Origin: Octopus vulgaris
Lineage: Eukaryota
NCBI GenBank assembly: GCA_951406725.2
Contig: OX597828.1
Location: forward strand, 7,502,001 to 7,566,000
DNA length: 64,000 nucleotides
Reading direction: 5' to 3'
The notes under the pieces were generated by a model, which was given only the letters and a program-made list of their open reading frames with translations, did not search any database and was not told the DNA's origin. Shown here piece by piece: positions 1 through 13,510 of the stretch. Numbering within the stretch: position 1 is the first letter of the stretch; every line of letters begins with the position of its first letter. The position numbers and the translations under genes are program-made.

Positions 1-110
1 GAAACTTTATACCCTCCTTCTTTCCTTCTTTCCTGAGCGTCCAATAATACTATATTTGTTCCACGTCCTCGCGTTGATGTGTTTTTTGTGCTTTCATGTT
101 TGGATTAACT
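1..110 (+). mobile_element. 3' part of a hammerhead-bearing (PLE-like) short repeat, cut by the window edge
   Basis: Begins at GAAAC. TCCTGAGCGTCCAATAATACTATATTTGTT resembles the reverse complement of the segment downstream of the hammerhead in the 17472-18080 and 2895-3180 copies. Ends at (TA)n. Confidence 0.45.
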
Positions 111-130
111 ATATATATATATATATATAT

Positions 131-476
131 TCTTTTATTCATTTACTTGTTTCAGTCATTTGACTGCGGCCATGCTGGAGCACCACCTTTAGTCGAGCAA
201 ATCGAACCCAGAACTTATTCTTTGTAAGCCTAGTACTTATTCTATCGGTTTCTTTAGACGTAAACCCACCAGCATCGGTTGGCAAGCGATGTTTGGGGGA
301 CAGACACAGACACACAAACATATACACACACATACATATATACATATATACAACGGGCTTCTTTCCGTTTCCGTCTACCAAATCCAATCACAAGACTTTG
401 GTCGAAGTTGAAGACACTGAACCCAGAACCATGTGGTTTGTATGCAAGCTACTTACCACATAGCCACTCCTAAGCC
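131..476 (-). mobile_element. tRNA-derived SINE family A (internal CA/TA microsatellite)
   Basis: Near full-length match to 25925-26327 and 59863-60291. Minus-strand head GGCTTAGGAGTGGCTATGTGGTAAG (A box) and GGTTCAG (B-box-like); tail CCAGCATGGCCGCAGTCAAATGACTGAAACAAG. Confidence 0.9.
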
Positions 477-530
477 TATATATATATATATAAATGCATA
501 CTTACATAATGTGATATATGATATAATATA

Positions 531-560
531 CTAGCAAACGCACCCGTCCTTTGATGGTAC
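531..560 (-). mobile_element. Helitron-type 3' end
   Basis: Minus strand reads ACCATCAAAGGACGGGTGCGTTTGCTAG|T: an imperfect subterminal hairpin, then CTAG followed by T. Confidence 0.45.
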
Positions 561-584
561 TTTTTGAACTACCTAGAAAGTTTG

Positions 585-759
585 AATCCATATAAGAAAG
601 TCACAGGTAAAAATGTCACAGGAAAAGAAGTCACGGCAATAAGGTTACAGGGGTGGTGTCCGGGAGGGGAGTGTCCGAGCGGGTTTTGTCCTAGGAGTTT
701 TTTCCGGATCTCATAAATTTATTGTGACTTTTTTTCCTGTGAATTTATTACCGGTCACC
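585..759. mobile_element. Foldback/MITE-like relic with ~15-bp subterminal repeats
   Basis: AAAAAGTCACAGG-type unit about 4 times at 594-652; its reverse complement TGTGACTTTTTTTCC twice at 723-752. Confidence 0.5.
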
Positions 760-1199
760 GAAAGGGTTTATGAGTAGCACGGCAATATATGTTTCCAATT
801 AACCTAGGAAAGGAAAATGAAACTGAAATGCTGGTTATTGTTGAGGTCATTGCACTTTCATGATCATAGAACATGTGAGTTTCCAAGCGATGCAAAGTAG
901 AGTTCCTGAAGTTTTGCGGGAGTAGATTTCGGATAATGACTACAAAATATAATTGTTTTACATGAAACCGAAATTTCTTGTCAGAAACGGCCACATAAAT
1001 TGTATAAGGAATTTGAAGGAAGATGTTGAAACATCCTCTCTGCAACTTTATTTTATTCAACAGCAAAGGGAGCTATTTTTTCGAAGAGATAAGCTAAGAA
1101 ACGCCCCTTTATTCTGTCTTCCTACATAGCCTGCGCATATACTAACAGCGAATGCTACATAAAGTTAAATTGGTAAGATACGTATAGCTTTCGCTAGTT

Positions 1200-1204
1200 G
1201 AAAC

Positions 1205-1280
<76 letters not shown>

Positions 1281-1423
1281 GGAATACTTTCAGTTTCCGC
1301 GTACCAAATCCACTCACAAGGGTTTGGTCGACTCGAAGACACTTGTCGAAAGTGCCATTTAGTGGGACTAAACCTGGGACCTTGTTGGGAAGTAAATTTC
1401 TTAGCACACACCAATGCCTGCGC
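1200..1423 (-). mobile_element. SINE family A, head half plus (CA)n
   Basis: TTTCAGTTTCCGCGTACCAAATCCACTCACAAGG...GTGGGACTAAACCTGG matches the family A head. Confidence 0.8.
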
Positions 1424-1559
1424 ATACATTATATATACGTAATTATATGGATTTCAGCCACGTCACTCCTGAAACGTACAGCAACGCCAGACGCCACCTC
1501 TGTAATTTCGCTGCAAAGAATCTGGAGTATAGACGGTGTGCGTAGTGAGAATTCTCAAG

Positions 1560-1623
1560 ATGGCTGCGCGTCTACGAACCCTATTATTGGGTTTGAGACT
1601 TGCCCATATTAAAAAGATGAAGG
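1560..1623 (+). CDS. Candidate first coding exon (MAARLRTLLLGLRLAHIKKMK-), unverified
   Basis: CAAGATGG (strong Kozak context, also YY1-like) in a GC-richer unique island; donor AGG|GTGAGC in phase 1. No homology recognised. Confidence 0.2.
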
Positions 1624-1849
1624 GTGAGCAACCACGCACACATACACATTCACACACACACATACATATACGCGTGTTTCCTGGTTTCTGCACATTCTTC
1701 ATTTGCCGTCTAATAAAGCATATTGCATCAAACAAATATATTGGACAATTATACTCTGCAACATGTAATGAGTACGTTTCCTTCCATGTGTTGGACTAGA
1801 TAGATCCGTAATACATTCATTAGGATATAAATTTGTAAACATGTATTTG

Positions 1850-2385
1850 TGCATGTATGTATGTATGTATGTATGTATGTATGTATGTATGTATGTATGT
1901 ATGTATGAATGTATGTATGATGTATGATGTATGATGTATGTATGTATGTATGTATGTATGTATGTATGTATGTATGAATGTATGTATGATGTATGATGTA
2001 TGATGTATGTATGTATGTATGCATGTATGTATGTATGCATGTATGTATGTATGAATGTATGTATGTATGTATGAATGTATGTATGTATGTATGTATGAAT
2101 GTATGTATGTATGTATGTATGTATGTATGCATGTATGTATGTATGCATGTATGTATGTATGTGTGTATGTATGTATGTGTGCATGTATGTATGTATGTGT
2201 GCATGTATGTATGAATGTATGTATGTATGTATGTATGTATGTATGTATGTATGAATGTATGTATGTATGTATGTATGTATGTATGTATGAATGTATGTAT
2301 GAATGTATGTATGAATGTATGTGTGTATGTATGTGTGTATGTATGTATGTGTGTATGTATGTGTGTATGTATGTATATATGTAGT
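1850..2385. repeat. (ATGT)n tetranucleotide microsatellite
   Basis: Directly visible, with ATGA and GCAT variants. Confidence 0.97.
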
Positions 2386-2700
2386 CAATAATGTTTACAA
2401 CAGTAGCGCTGCTTTTCATTCATTATAGAATGTCTGTGTGTGACTGTGTGCCTATGTGTGTATGTGTGTGCGTGTGTATGTGTGCGCATATACGTATGTG
2501 TGTGATTTTGTATGTGTATGTGTGAGTGTGCGTACAAATGCGTGTGTGTGTATATGTATGAATGTATTTATGTATGTATGCATATGTTTGTGTTTGTGTG
2601 CGTGTGTGTATGTGTGTATGTGTGTGATTCTGTATATGTGTGTGTGCGAACATATGCGTGTGTGTGTATATGTATGAATGTATTTATGTATGCATGCATA

Positions 2701-2782
<82 letters not shown>

Positions 2783-2894
2783 TGGCGATGTATTTTTTGT
2801 ACGATAACAATTTTTATAATCTAAAGGCCGAGTAAATTTAATAACATTCCAGGCCGAATCCGGACCTGTTATCCTAAAATTTTGGATTTCCATG

Positions 2895-3180
2895 TTTTAA
2901 ATAATGCGATTTACAGAAAACAAAAGAAGACAGATGAAGGAACAACAAGTAGGGGTATTAGTTTAATTAACGCTCGAGGAGAATGGAAAGGTCTTTGACG
3001 TTTTGCGCCTAGGCTCTTCGACAAAAAAAAAAAAGCGACTGAGAGATAAAAATGGAGAGAAGGAAAATAATGGAGAGAGAAAAAACGTTTTGGGATTTAT
3101 GGTTCAAGATGATGAAATGATCGAAAGAAAAATGCTGAGTGAAAGGGGAGATAATAACGGTGACCCGGCTGAACTAGTTT
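2895..3180 (-). mobile_element. PLE-like short repeat with decayed hammerhead at about 2993-3028
   Basis: Homologous to 17472-17640 (GTATTAGTTTAA..CGCTCG..GTCTTTGACGTTT.G.GCCTA.GCTCTTC.ACA). Confidence 0.6.
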
Positions 3181-3348
3181 GCGCAAGCGCGTGTGTGCAT
3201 GTGAGAGTGGTGTGTGTAAATGTGTATGTGTCAATGGATGCGAGTGCGTGTAAATGTATGTGGGTGGGCTTAAAATTATGAAGGCCTGTGTGTGTATGTG
3301 TATAAGTAACCTAGAGCGTGGTGTGCGCTTTATGTACTGTTGTGTGCG

Positions 3349-3381
<33 letters not shown>

Positions 3382-3505
3382 CAACAATTGAGGAACGGCT
3401 TCGATAGGCCATTCAACCCACTAGAAAGAGCAGCCAGGACTCAAACCGCCAAGTAGTAGTAATTCAGAAATTAAAGGAAAATTAAAAAACATTTACCCTA
3501 TTCAT

Positions 3506-3607
3506 CTTAAGACAATGCATTGTTTCGACGTTTTTAATGGCAAACCAGCCTAATTAAATTAAACTTAATCAAGTCAATCTACCAAAGGCTACGTCTCATT
3601 GGTAAAG
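3506..3607 (-). ncRNA. Type I hammerhead-like motif, degenerate core, long stem II insert
   Basis: CUUUA-CCAAUGA-GACGU-(~60 nt)-ACGUC-GAA-ACAAUGCAUUGU-C-UUAAG; cleavage triplet GUC. Confidence 0.5.
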
Positions 3608-3736
3608 GGACAGATATACACGAGGCATCCGTATCTATGCCCCGGCAATATCTGCCCTAAAATTTTCAAAACGACCGTAATGGCGCCAACTTATCAGCAG
3701 CAAATATAAACTGCTGATTCAATTATATATATATCG

Positions 3737-3970
3737 TTTTATTCTTGACTTGTTTCAGTCATTTGAATGCGGCCATGGTGGAGGACCGACTGAAAGTGAT
3801 TTGTAGTCGAAGAAATCGCCCCCAGGACTTATTTTTTATAAGCCTAGTACTTATTCCACCGGTCATTTTGTTGAACCGCTATTTTACAGGCATATAAACA
3901 CACCAACATCAAATGTCAAGCAATGATGAGGGGACAAACACAGACACAAAATAACACACACACAAACATA
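3737..3970 (-). mobile_element. SINE family A, tail half
   Basis: CTTGTTTCAGTCATTTGAATGCGGCCATG...AAGCCTAGTACTTATTC...GGGACAAACACAGACAC. Confidence 0.85.
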
Positions 3971-4059
3971 TACGCACTGACACCCAAAGTCTCACACATA
4001 CACGCACAGATATATATATATATATAATAAAGACTCTAAAGAAGCTGGTATTGATCTGC

Positions 4060-4340
4060 ATCGGTGAAACTTGTATTATTTAGTAAAATCGGCAAAAAGA
4101 ATACGGAGAACAAGCCATGGGGGTTGTAAATCCATCGTTTCCGGGAGTGCTTCTTCAGGAGAAAGTTGAAAGTTTTCATTCTGCGTTAGAACAACAGGGT
4201 GCAACAAAGGATCTATAAAGCCAAGTACTCTTTCTTTAATTTCTCTCCTGATAAACTTTTCTTGAAGAAGAACTCTGTCCGAAACGTTTGATTTTCTACT
4301 CGTAATGGCAAATTCACAGTACTCTTTTTGTTAATTTAGC
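4060..4340. mobile_element. Two oppositely oriented decayed hammerhead-like motifs (PLE-like relic)
   Basis: Minus strand CCTGAAGAAGCACTCCCGGAAACGAT at about 4135-4160; plus strand TTGAAGAAGAACTCTGTCCGAAACGTT at about 4262-4288. Confidence 0.35.
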
Positions 4341-4422
4341 CATATGTGTATGCACTGTGTATGCACTGACACACAGACTGATTAAACGTGTGTCGATATT
4401 TTTTAACTTGCACAGTTGCATA

Positions 4423-4592
4423 CAAATATATTCCTGAAAAAGTTCAATCTGACGACTCCACTAGAGTGGACGCAAGCGCTAATATATGATTTATAAAACA
4501 TGTGACATATTAATAAATATCTGGAAATATAAAACCATCCAGATTTCTGAGTACCTTATTTCTTCTAATATATAATACTTGTACATCATCTA
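4423..4592 (+). mobile_element. PLE-like short repeat with hammerhead-like motif (CUGACGA core)
   Basis: About 150 bp homologous to 21805-21987 (minus). Motif CTGACGA-C-TCCAC-TAGA-GTGGA-C-GCA-AGCGCT-A. Confidence 0.6.
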
Positions 4593-4886
4593 CTTATATG
4601 TGTGTATGAGTATACATATATACACAAGCGAAGACAACACAATCATACACGCACGCAGATATATAAATGTCTGAAAATCTGTGCATGAATGAGTGTTAGC
4701 CTGTGTATACACATACATACATATATACATACATATATATATATACATATGTGTGTGTGTGTACTTATGTATGCATGTGTGAGTGTATATATGTATGCAT
4801 GTATGTGTGTGTGTGTGATACTGAGAGTGAATATGTGTGATAGTTAATGCGTGGGAGAAGATCAATGATTATCTTCTATCCTATAG

Positions 4887-5034
4887 ATTTGCGCAGGAAG
4901 TTTCTGCGTCTGACAACTCCAAAGAAGCAAACGAAAGCTGCAGGAGATTGGTGTAAGATTCAAGATTTGGGTTTTGGTTGTAGATTCCATCTTGGTCAAG
5001 AATCGCTCGCTGCTACCAGAAGCTGTTCAAACAG
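4887..5034 (+). CDS. Candidate internal exon, unverified
   Basis: Acceptor TTATCTTCTATCCTATAG, donor CAG|GTGTGC. The only open frame (DLRRKFLRLTTPKKQ...) is phase-compatible with 1560-1623. Confidence 0.2.
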
Positions 5035-5341
5035 GTGTGCGCACGTGACTGGTTTACTAAACTCTGGCGTCTGTGAAAGTGTAACGCTATAATTGTTAAA
5101 TTCTTCTCTTATTTTTTTTGTTTTTTGCCAACGGATTTAGCGTTTTTTTTTTTGGCATTATTTATTTATTTATTTATTTATTGTTTTTCAATTACTTACT
5201 TTTGTGCGTGTGTAGGCGTGCAAAATGTCCGTTTCTCTGTGTAGATATCTGAGTGTCTCGGTGTATACTTCTTATTGTGAGTATAGTTGTAAGTGGAGAT
5301 AGAACTTCTATGAACATGACTGGTGTAAATATGACTTTTTC

Positions 5342-5383
<42 letters not shown>

Positions 5384-5667
5384 GAGTGCGTGTTCGTATA
5401 TGTAGATATATGTGTGTGTATATATATATATATACATATGTATATATAAATATACATATATATATATAGATACTTATACATATATATATGTATATGTATG
5501 CATGTATATTTCTAATATTTTCATTTTGTTACACTTTTAAAAGTACTTAACTATTTGGATTTTTACGTATTTATGTATGAAGGTATAAATGTTGATATGT
5601 ACGAATACAAACACACACACACACACACACAACAATACATCTTTCCATACATACATTGTTCCATCAG

Positions 5668-5701
<34 letters not shown>

Positions 5702-5727
5702 CATACAAGCTATTATACACGCATGAA

Positions 5728-5761
<34 letters not shown>

Positions 5762-5762
5762 A

Positions 5763-5794
<32 letters not shown>

Positions 5795-6146
5795 GCACGC
5801 ACATAAGAACATAACAATACATGCGTATCTCTGTCTCTTCTAAAGTAATATGGCGGAAAGGCACGTGCTTGCACTTCACGTGTATGTGCGCTATAGTCGT
5901 GTATTAATATTATTTTGCATGGTGCAGTGTAGGGTTTGCATTTCTCATGGAAGAGGCTGAGAGGGTAAAAGAATATGAGAGATAGAGACAGAGGGGGAGG
6001 TAGAGGTAGATAATATAATAAGACTAATTATACGTATATACGCACGTATGTACATGCATGAATGTGTACATAATTGCAGCAATAAATGTATATGTATGTA
6101 GGCATATGTGTACCCATCTACCTATACAAACAAATGAACACATACA

Positions 6147-6525
<379 letters not shown>

Positions 6526-7276
6526 CCACGTAGTATGTATATGTTTGATTGCATGTATAAATAAATGCACACAACAAAGAGACCGACTAACGTAGACACG
6601 CGCGAACAGACACAGACAGACAGACGCACAGACGTATCTAAATCGACAGAAGAATAAAACTGTGGGACGGCGAAGGAGGGCAGCAAACCACGCTGCAATA
6701 CAAGTGTTATGTGAAAGAAAAGGACAAACTAAATGGCACACGGGGAAATGGAAAGTCTAAGGAACAAGAGACAAATGTCAGAAACAGTGGCCACTTCGCT
6801 GGGATATTTTTCTTATTCAGTTTCATATATGTATACAAACATACATATATAAATGCATAGATACTTATATACGTATATATACTTATACATATACACACAC
6901 ACACACACATATATATATATATGTGTGTGCGTGTGTGTACGTGTGTGGTGAGTGTGTGTATAACTATGTCAATGTATATGTACTTATATATGTGTATGCG
7001 TGCACGAGTGCGTGTGTTTGTGTGTATATATACACATATGATATGTTGTTTTTTGGTGCTCTTTACGTTTTTTTATTCCTTTTTAATAACACAAATATCC
7101 GAAAATTCATAGATAAGTACATATTTATATCACCCCTCACACACACACGCACAGACGCACACATATGAAGAGATATATCGATAGAGATGCATATATGCAC
7201 GTATGAAAAGAGATATGAATTGAAATGTTTAATTATATCTACATCCATATACATGTATGTATGTACATATACATAT

Positions 7277-7356
<80 letters not shown>

Positions 7357-7418
7357 GTATATGTACATACATACATACATACATGTATATATATATATAC
7401 ATACATATATACATATAC

Positions 7419-7458
<40 letters not shown>

Positions 7459-8084
7459 GTATATATATATATGTACATACATATTTATACGTATATGTAT
7501 GCAAATTTACAAATATCGGTGTGCATGAGCGTATGGCATGCTTCCGTGTGTGTGTATATGTGTTTCTGTGAGCGTGTGCGTGTACGCGCGCGCACGAAAA
7601 CGCGTGTGCACATGCATGCGTGCATTTATATATAGGTTTTCCTGTAGAATAATGGACAACCCACACAGATGTTTGTGGCTGCAGCAAAGGATGGTCATTT
7701 AAACGCTCCCTAATTACTTATTCAGCATTCAGGATTTCTAATGATGTTAGCGTCTGAAATATTTTCCACTCTAAGTGGGTGGTTGTTTCCTTGTGTGTAT
7801 ATGCATTCACTCGTGTGCATGCGCGGGTGCTGTCGTGCATAAGTCTAGGTAGTATGCACGTGTCTGTCTGTCTGTCTCTGTGCATGTAGGGACACATATG
7901 TGCGCCTGTGTTCCAGTATGTGTTCTGGCTTGTGTGTTCGCCACAGACGAGTTCGTAGAAATTTGAGTATATGTATGTACGTTTGTATGTATGTACGTAC
8001 GTATGCATGGATAGATAAATAATCCCTGTTTACATGTATGAATATGAGGAAATATATATGTATATATATGTATATATATGTATA

Positions 8085-8168
<84 letters not shown>

Positions 8169-8301
8169 TATATATATATACATATATCTATATATACATA
8201 TAGATACACACACACACACACACCTACTTACGCTCTCACACATGCGAACACACACGCTGTCATATATGCATGCATGAATGTATTATGTATTAGTGTGTGT
8301 G

Positions 8302-8350
<49 letters not shown>

Positions 8351-8548
8351 ACAGACGTATATATGTATACGTTTGTATGGATGTATGTATGTATGTTCAA
8401 ATTTGTGTATGGCTAGAGTGTAAATATGATTGTATATGATATACATATCTGCAGGTTTTGCCTTGGCTTAATGTATTGAAATGAATATATGCATTTGTAT
8501 ATGTACATACGCACACATATGTGCGTATATATATGTCCATATATAATC

Positions 8549-8580
<32 letters not shown>

Positions 8581-9047
8581 GGTGTGTGTGAGGGTGTGTG
8601 TGTTTGTATGCGTGTATAATGCTTTCTGTGTCCATTTGCATGCATTTATACACGGATGCACGTATATCATTAACTCAACGTTCATATGAGCTTGTGTCAG
8701 TGTATGTGTGCGTCCGAACGCATGCGTGTGTGTATTTACGTGTAAACATGTAAAGGTTATGTATTTGACCCTCTTCTGGCCGCAGTATGATCCTGACACT
8801 TATTCTATTGACCCCAAAGGGAAGAATATCGGAGAAGGCCTGGACAATATATCAACTGACAAAAGTGAGTCTCTGGACAGTTATAATACAATCATCTCCA
8901 TTATATTGCTTCAACCACTCATAGTTAAGCAGAGATGTCCCGCTTAATTTTTAATTAACATAACCTACACAGACTCTGGCAGAAATTCAACGCTCTTCTA
9001 AGACGGAAGGCCAGTTTGTGAAGAAACTATATGTATATGTATACAGC

Positions 9048-9105
<58 letters not shown>

Positions 9106-9152
9106 ATACATACATATATATATATACATATATACATATACATGTAGACATA

Positions 9153-9188
<36 letters not shown>

Positions 9189-9368
9189 CGCGTGTGTGTG
9201 CTTGTGTGTGTATGTATGTATATACATGTATATAGATTATATATATGCATATACACATATACACATATGTGTGTTCATGTGTGCATGTCTCTGCGATTGC
9301 CTGTATACATGCATATATATGCAAAAGTATTTATATACGTATGTGTATGTATGTATATATACATACAT

Positions 9369-9405
<37 letters not shown>

Positions 9406-9559
9406 ATCATGAATGCACACACAGTGACATACGATGTAAACAGGCCGGTTAAAAGCTGCTTCTTTTGCGAAAATTATCAATATGCTCAACATTCACTCTA
9501 GGTTTTTGTGTGTGTCTGTGCGTGTGTGTGTGCGTTCGCATTTAAGTGTCCTAAACGCA

Positions 9560-9720
9560 GTGAAAAAGTAAATAGGAAAGGGAAATTTTTAACAGATGTT
9601 ATGTTAGTTTAACACTTAAAAGGAGGAGAAAATATATATATATACGTTTCCGACGTTAGTTCTTCATCAGATGGAAAGTTAAGGAGTGAAAGAGACAACG
9701 TTAAATGTGAAAAACAGTGC
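9560..9720 (-). mobile_element. PLE-like short repeat with canonical-core but decayed hammerhead
   Basis: Minus strand CTGATGA-A-GAACTAACGTCG-GAAACGTA at about 9643-9670. Flank AACAGATGTTATGTTAGTTTAAC matches the 17472 family. Confidence 0.5.
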
Positions 9721-10548
9721 CCTACACTTTCTTCTTTCCTCATCACCCTTTCTCTTCTCTATTCCTTTCCATTCCACGACCATTTTCCACTACCATGTGA
9801 CTCCATCCTAACTCAACTCTCTTTGGCTAATGTTTTCTCCATTTTCTCGATCTATCTTTTGATTTGTATGAGCTGCTATTTCTGTATACATATTTTCCCA
9901 CTCGGCTATAGACACTTGTAACTTCCGCACCGTGCTCGGACAGCTATCGCATTTCTTTTTCTTTCTGTGTGTATCAGCTAACAGTTTCTTTTCATTTCCT
10001 CAACATATTATGGTTATTCCAGCCTTCACGGACTTTGCACTAGCTTTACTGACTTTTCACCCTTATAATCGTGGTTTTAAATGCTTTTCGTCTGTTTTGT
10101 ATTGTAATTCATTTTCTTATATTGTTTTTGTTTCCTTTCTTCTCTACTTTAACTTGCAACTTTCCTCTCCTTTCTTTTTTTGCTTGCCTCTGAAATCATA
10201 AGTGTGCTATGTTAGATACATTGGGTGTTCGTCTGGTATATTAATTTTTGTTCATTTTAATATGTCTTAATTATGCTTGCACTGACGATTAAAACGTGCA
10301 TTTTGTGCACTAATTATGGAACCATATGATATGCGGCTCAATCTATTTTTAAGGAGCTCCCTTGAAGAGTTGCATTCCCTCGCGTTCGGTACACTGTATT
10401 TATTATGGTAGTTTTGACTTTAAGTGTCCCTCAAATCATGAGGCATGTATGTGTATTAATGCTCTTAATATAAATAAATATACTTAAAGTGAATAATCAT
10501 AATTTTTCCCTCGCGAATGTTGCGCACACATCGCCAACATTCGTCAAT

Positions 10549-10584
10549 TTCTTGAAAATGTGGTCATAACCCTGAAATATTGAA
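10549..10584 (+). ncRNA. Minimal hammerhead-like motif, U3-A8 core
   Basis: UUC-UUGAAAA-U-GUGGU-CAUA-ACCCU-GAA-AUAU-U-GAA; stem II has one mismatch. Confidence 0.4.
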
Positions 10585-10670
10585 TACAAGGTAAGTCTAC
10601 ATTAATTTACATATTTGTTTTCTCGTGATTTACCTTGCATTTACTTTGCATTGTTTTGGCCTTTTATACA

Positions 10671-10704
<34 letters not shown>

Positions 10705-10751
10705 ATCGCGTGTGTGTATAATAAACGCATACACATATATATAATACACAC

Positions 10752-10804
<53 letters not shown>

Positions 10805-10924
10805 CGTATATATATTTATATATACTATTATACCATATAACAAATAACGACAAATGTATAGTTATCGTATATGTCAGCGTGTGTGTGTGTATGTGGTGTG
10901 TTCGTGTGTGTGTGCCTGTGTATT

Positions 10925-11400
10925 CGGTTAGGAGTCGAGGTCATGGTTTAGGAAGACTAGTTTTAAGAGTTTTCGGAAAGCAGTATGGGATGCGCTGATA
11001 CCATTCTCTATGTCTTTCTGAATTGTGCATTTGCTGGAAGATCTGGCTTCCTGAGTATGGGAATTTCTCCAGTTTACAAGGCAGTTCCACGTAACCTTGT
11101 ATCACTGCTGTCAAGAAGAAGTTGGCCGTGAGATCCTTATGCAAGGATTTTCGTATTCATTACGTTCGTGGTCAGACCAGAGCGGGTATACAAATTTTCG
11201 AAGACGTTCACAAACTCTTGAAGATCGGAATCCGGGTTTTCGGTATTGGCATTGTCATCACCAACTCACGTACTTTAACCAATATATATTGTTGGAGTCA
11301 TGAGGATTTGGAAACTTTGAGGAGGCGTTAGATATCTTTCTTTGGGAAAGGTGAAATTCGAAGCCAAGCAGATGAAATATATGGACAATAGCGTGCAAAT
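10925..11400 (-). pseudogene. RTE-clade LINE reverse-transcriptase fragment
   Basis: Frameshifted translation VREL-GDDNA...LQEFVNVFENLYTRSGLTTNVMNTKIL...EKFPYSGS..SSKCTIQKDIENGISASHTAFRKLLKLVFLNHDL matches the RTE RT YADD-to-thumb region. Confidence 0.75.
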
Positions 11401-11521
11401 TATTTGGTTAAAAACCTTGTATGTGTGTGTTTGCATGTATATATATGTGTATTATATATTTAATATGTGTGTGTATCGTGTGTGTGTATAATAAACGCAT
11501 ACACATATATATAATACACAC

Positions 11522-11568
<47 letters not shown>

Positions 11569-12292
11569 TATGTGTTTATGTATATGTATGTATGTTTATA
11601 TATATATATATGCATAGACGAACACACAAAGACGCATATATACATGTATGCGGACGTACATTTATATCAACGTACGTACGTACGTACATAGTACCTCTCT
11701 TCCTCGCTACCAACCTCCCTACATACCTACCTACATACATATGTTCACTGTCAGTTTCTTTTCTTTATTACAATGCTCGGAAAAATGTTTCCGAACTTCG
11801 TTTTATAATTACTTACGTGAAGAAGGAAACAAACGAATAAAAATATCGAATGCAAAGAAAAGAAAAGAAAAGAAAAGAAACGAAAAAGCACATAAATCGA
11901 AAAACACCTTATTTTAATTTGCGCCCCACTAAGGTGACTTATAATTCTAATTGTTCCTATATATCTATGTATTTTGCTGCTATAAGTTCAAGTTCAGACA
12001 TTGGCACCTGGTTGTTTGACTGAGTTGGCTACAGATGAGTTTATCTTTTGTAAACTTGAAATCCCACGTTGAATGGGAAATGCTTTTAACATTTATTGTA
12101 AATTATTCGTTGCAAAAAAAAAAAAAAAAAAAAAAATTAAAACACTGTCATCAACACATAGAAACGTTTTTGGTTCATTAATTTACACAAGCGGCAATGA
12201 ATAGCAGCTCTTACCATTTCGGAACGAGATTATTAAGAAAGAAAAATTTGTGTAAAATCAACAAAAACATACATACGTGCATACGTATGTAT

Positions 12293-12359
<67 letters not shown>

Positions 12360-12504
12360 CGTGTGTGTGTGTATAAATGTATGTATATATATATATATGT
12401 ATATATATATACACACACATATATATATATATATACATATATATATGTTTATATATATATGTATATATATGTATGTACATACATGTATACATATGTATGT
12501 TTAT

Positions 12505-12580
<76 letters not shown>

Positions 12581-12781
12581 GTACATACATGTATACATAT
12601 GTTTATATATATATAAATATATGTGCGTGTGTGTGTGTGTATGCTTAATATTAATGCAAATATAATACATTCAAGCCTGTATGCATACACTCACAAACAC
12701 ACAAACAGTTTTACATACACACGTGCGTACATATATGTATGTCAGATGGTTGTGTTTTAAAGAAAGAATTGGCGAATACGT

Positions 12782-12856
<75 letters not shown>
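12782..12856. repeat. (AGAT)n microsatellite
   Basis: Directly visible. Confidence 0.97.
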
Positions 12857-12857
<1 letters not shown>

Positions 12858-13127
12858 TGAAGAATAGTCTCATATAATGAATAGATAGTTAAATTTTGAG
12901 AGAGAGAGAGACAGAGAGAGAAAGAGACAGAGAGAAAGAAAGAGAGAGAGAGAGGGGTAAGGTGAGAAAGGCAGAAGAGGTAAAGAAAAAGAGCAAAAGA
13001 AAAAGATTAAGGGAGAATAATGGATTAAGAAAAATGAAATTCTGATCACGGACCAAATATTCTGGTATTGAAATAGATGGGAAACATTTATTCATGACTT
13101 AAATTTACACGACTGTGTTTTTTAAAA

Positions 13128-13177
13128 TTTCTTCTTCTTCTTCTTCTTCTTCTTCTTCTTCTTCTTCCATTTCTTTT

Positions 13178-13234
<57 letters not shown>

Positions 13235-13263
13235 TTACTACTACTACTACTACCACCACCACC

Positions 13264-13319
<56 letters not shown>

Positions 13320-13510
13320 CTTCTTTCGTTTTCTTATTATTTGTTATAGTAGTGGTAGAGGTCTTGAAAAACCTCCCTACCTCCCTCCCTCCCTACCGAC
13401 TTACCTACCTACCTACTTACCTACCTACCTACCTACCTACCTACCTACCTACATACCTACATACATACATACAGACATACATACAGACATACATACAGAC
13501 ATACATATAT
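13128..13510. repeat. Compound microsatellite (TCT)n-(CTA)n-(CCA)n-(CTA)n...(CTAC)n-(ATAC)n
   Basis: Directly visible. Confidence 0.95.

Noticed and set aside
9430-9480. GAT-GTAAACA-G-GC...GC-GAAAATT-ATC hammerhead-like string
   Set aside because: G5 is absent, stem II is only 2 bp and the stem III/cleavage spacing is off by one.
10278-10300. TGCA-CTGACGA-TTAAAACG-TGCA
   Set aside because: Canonical core but no stem II or G12; it could be a deleted relic or chance.
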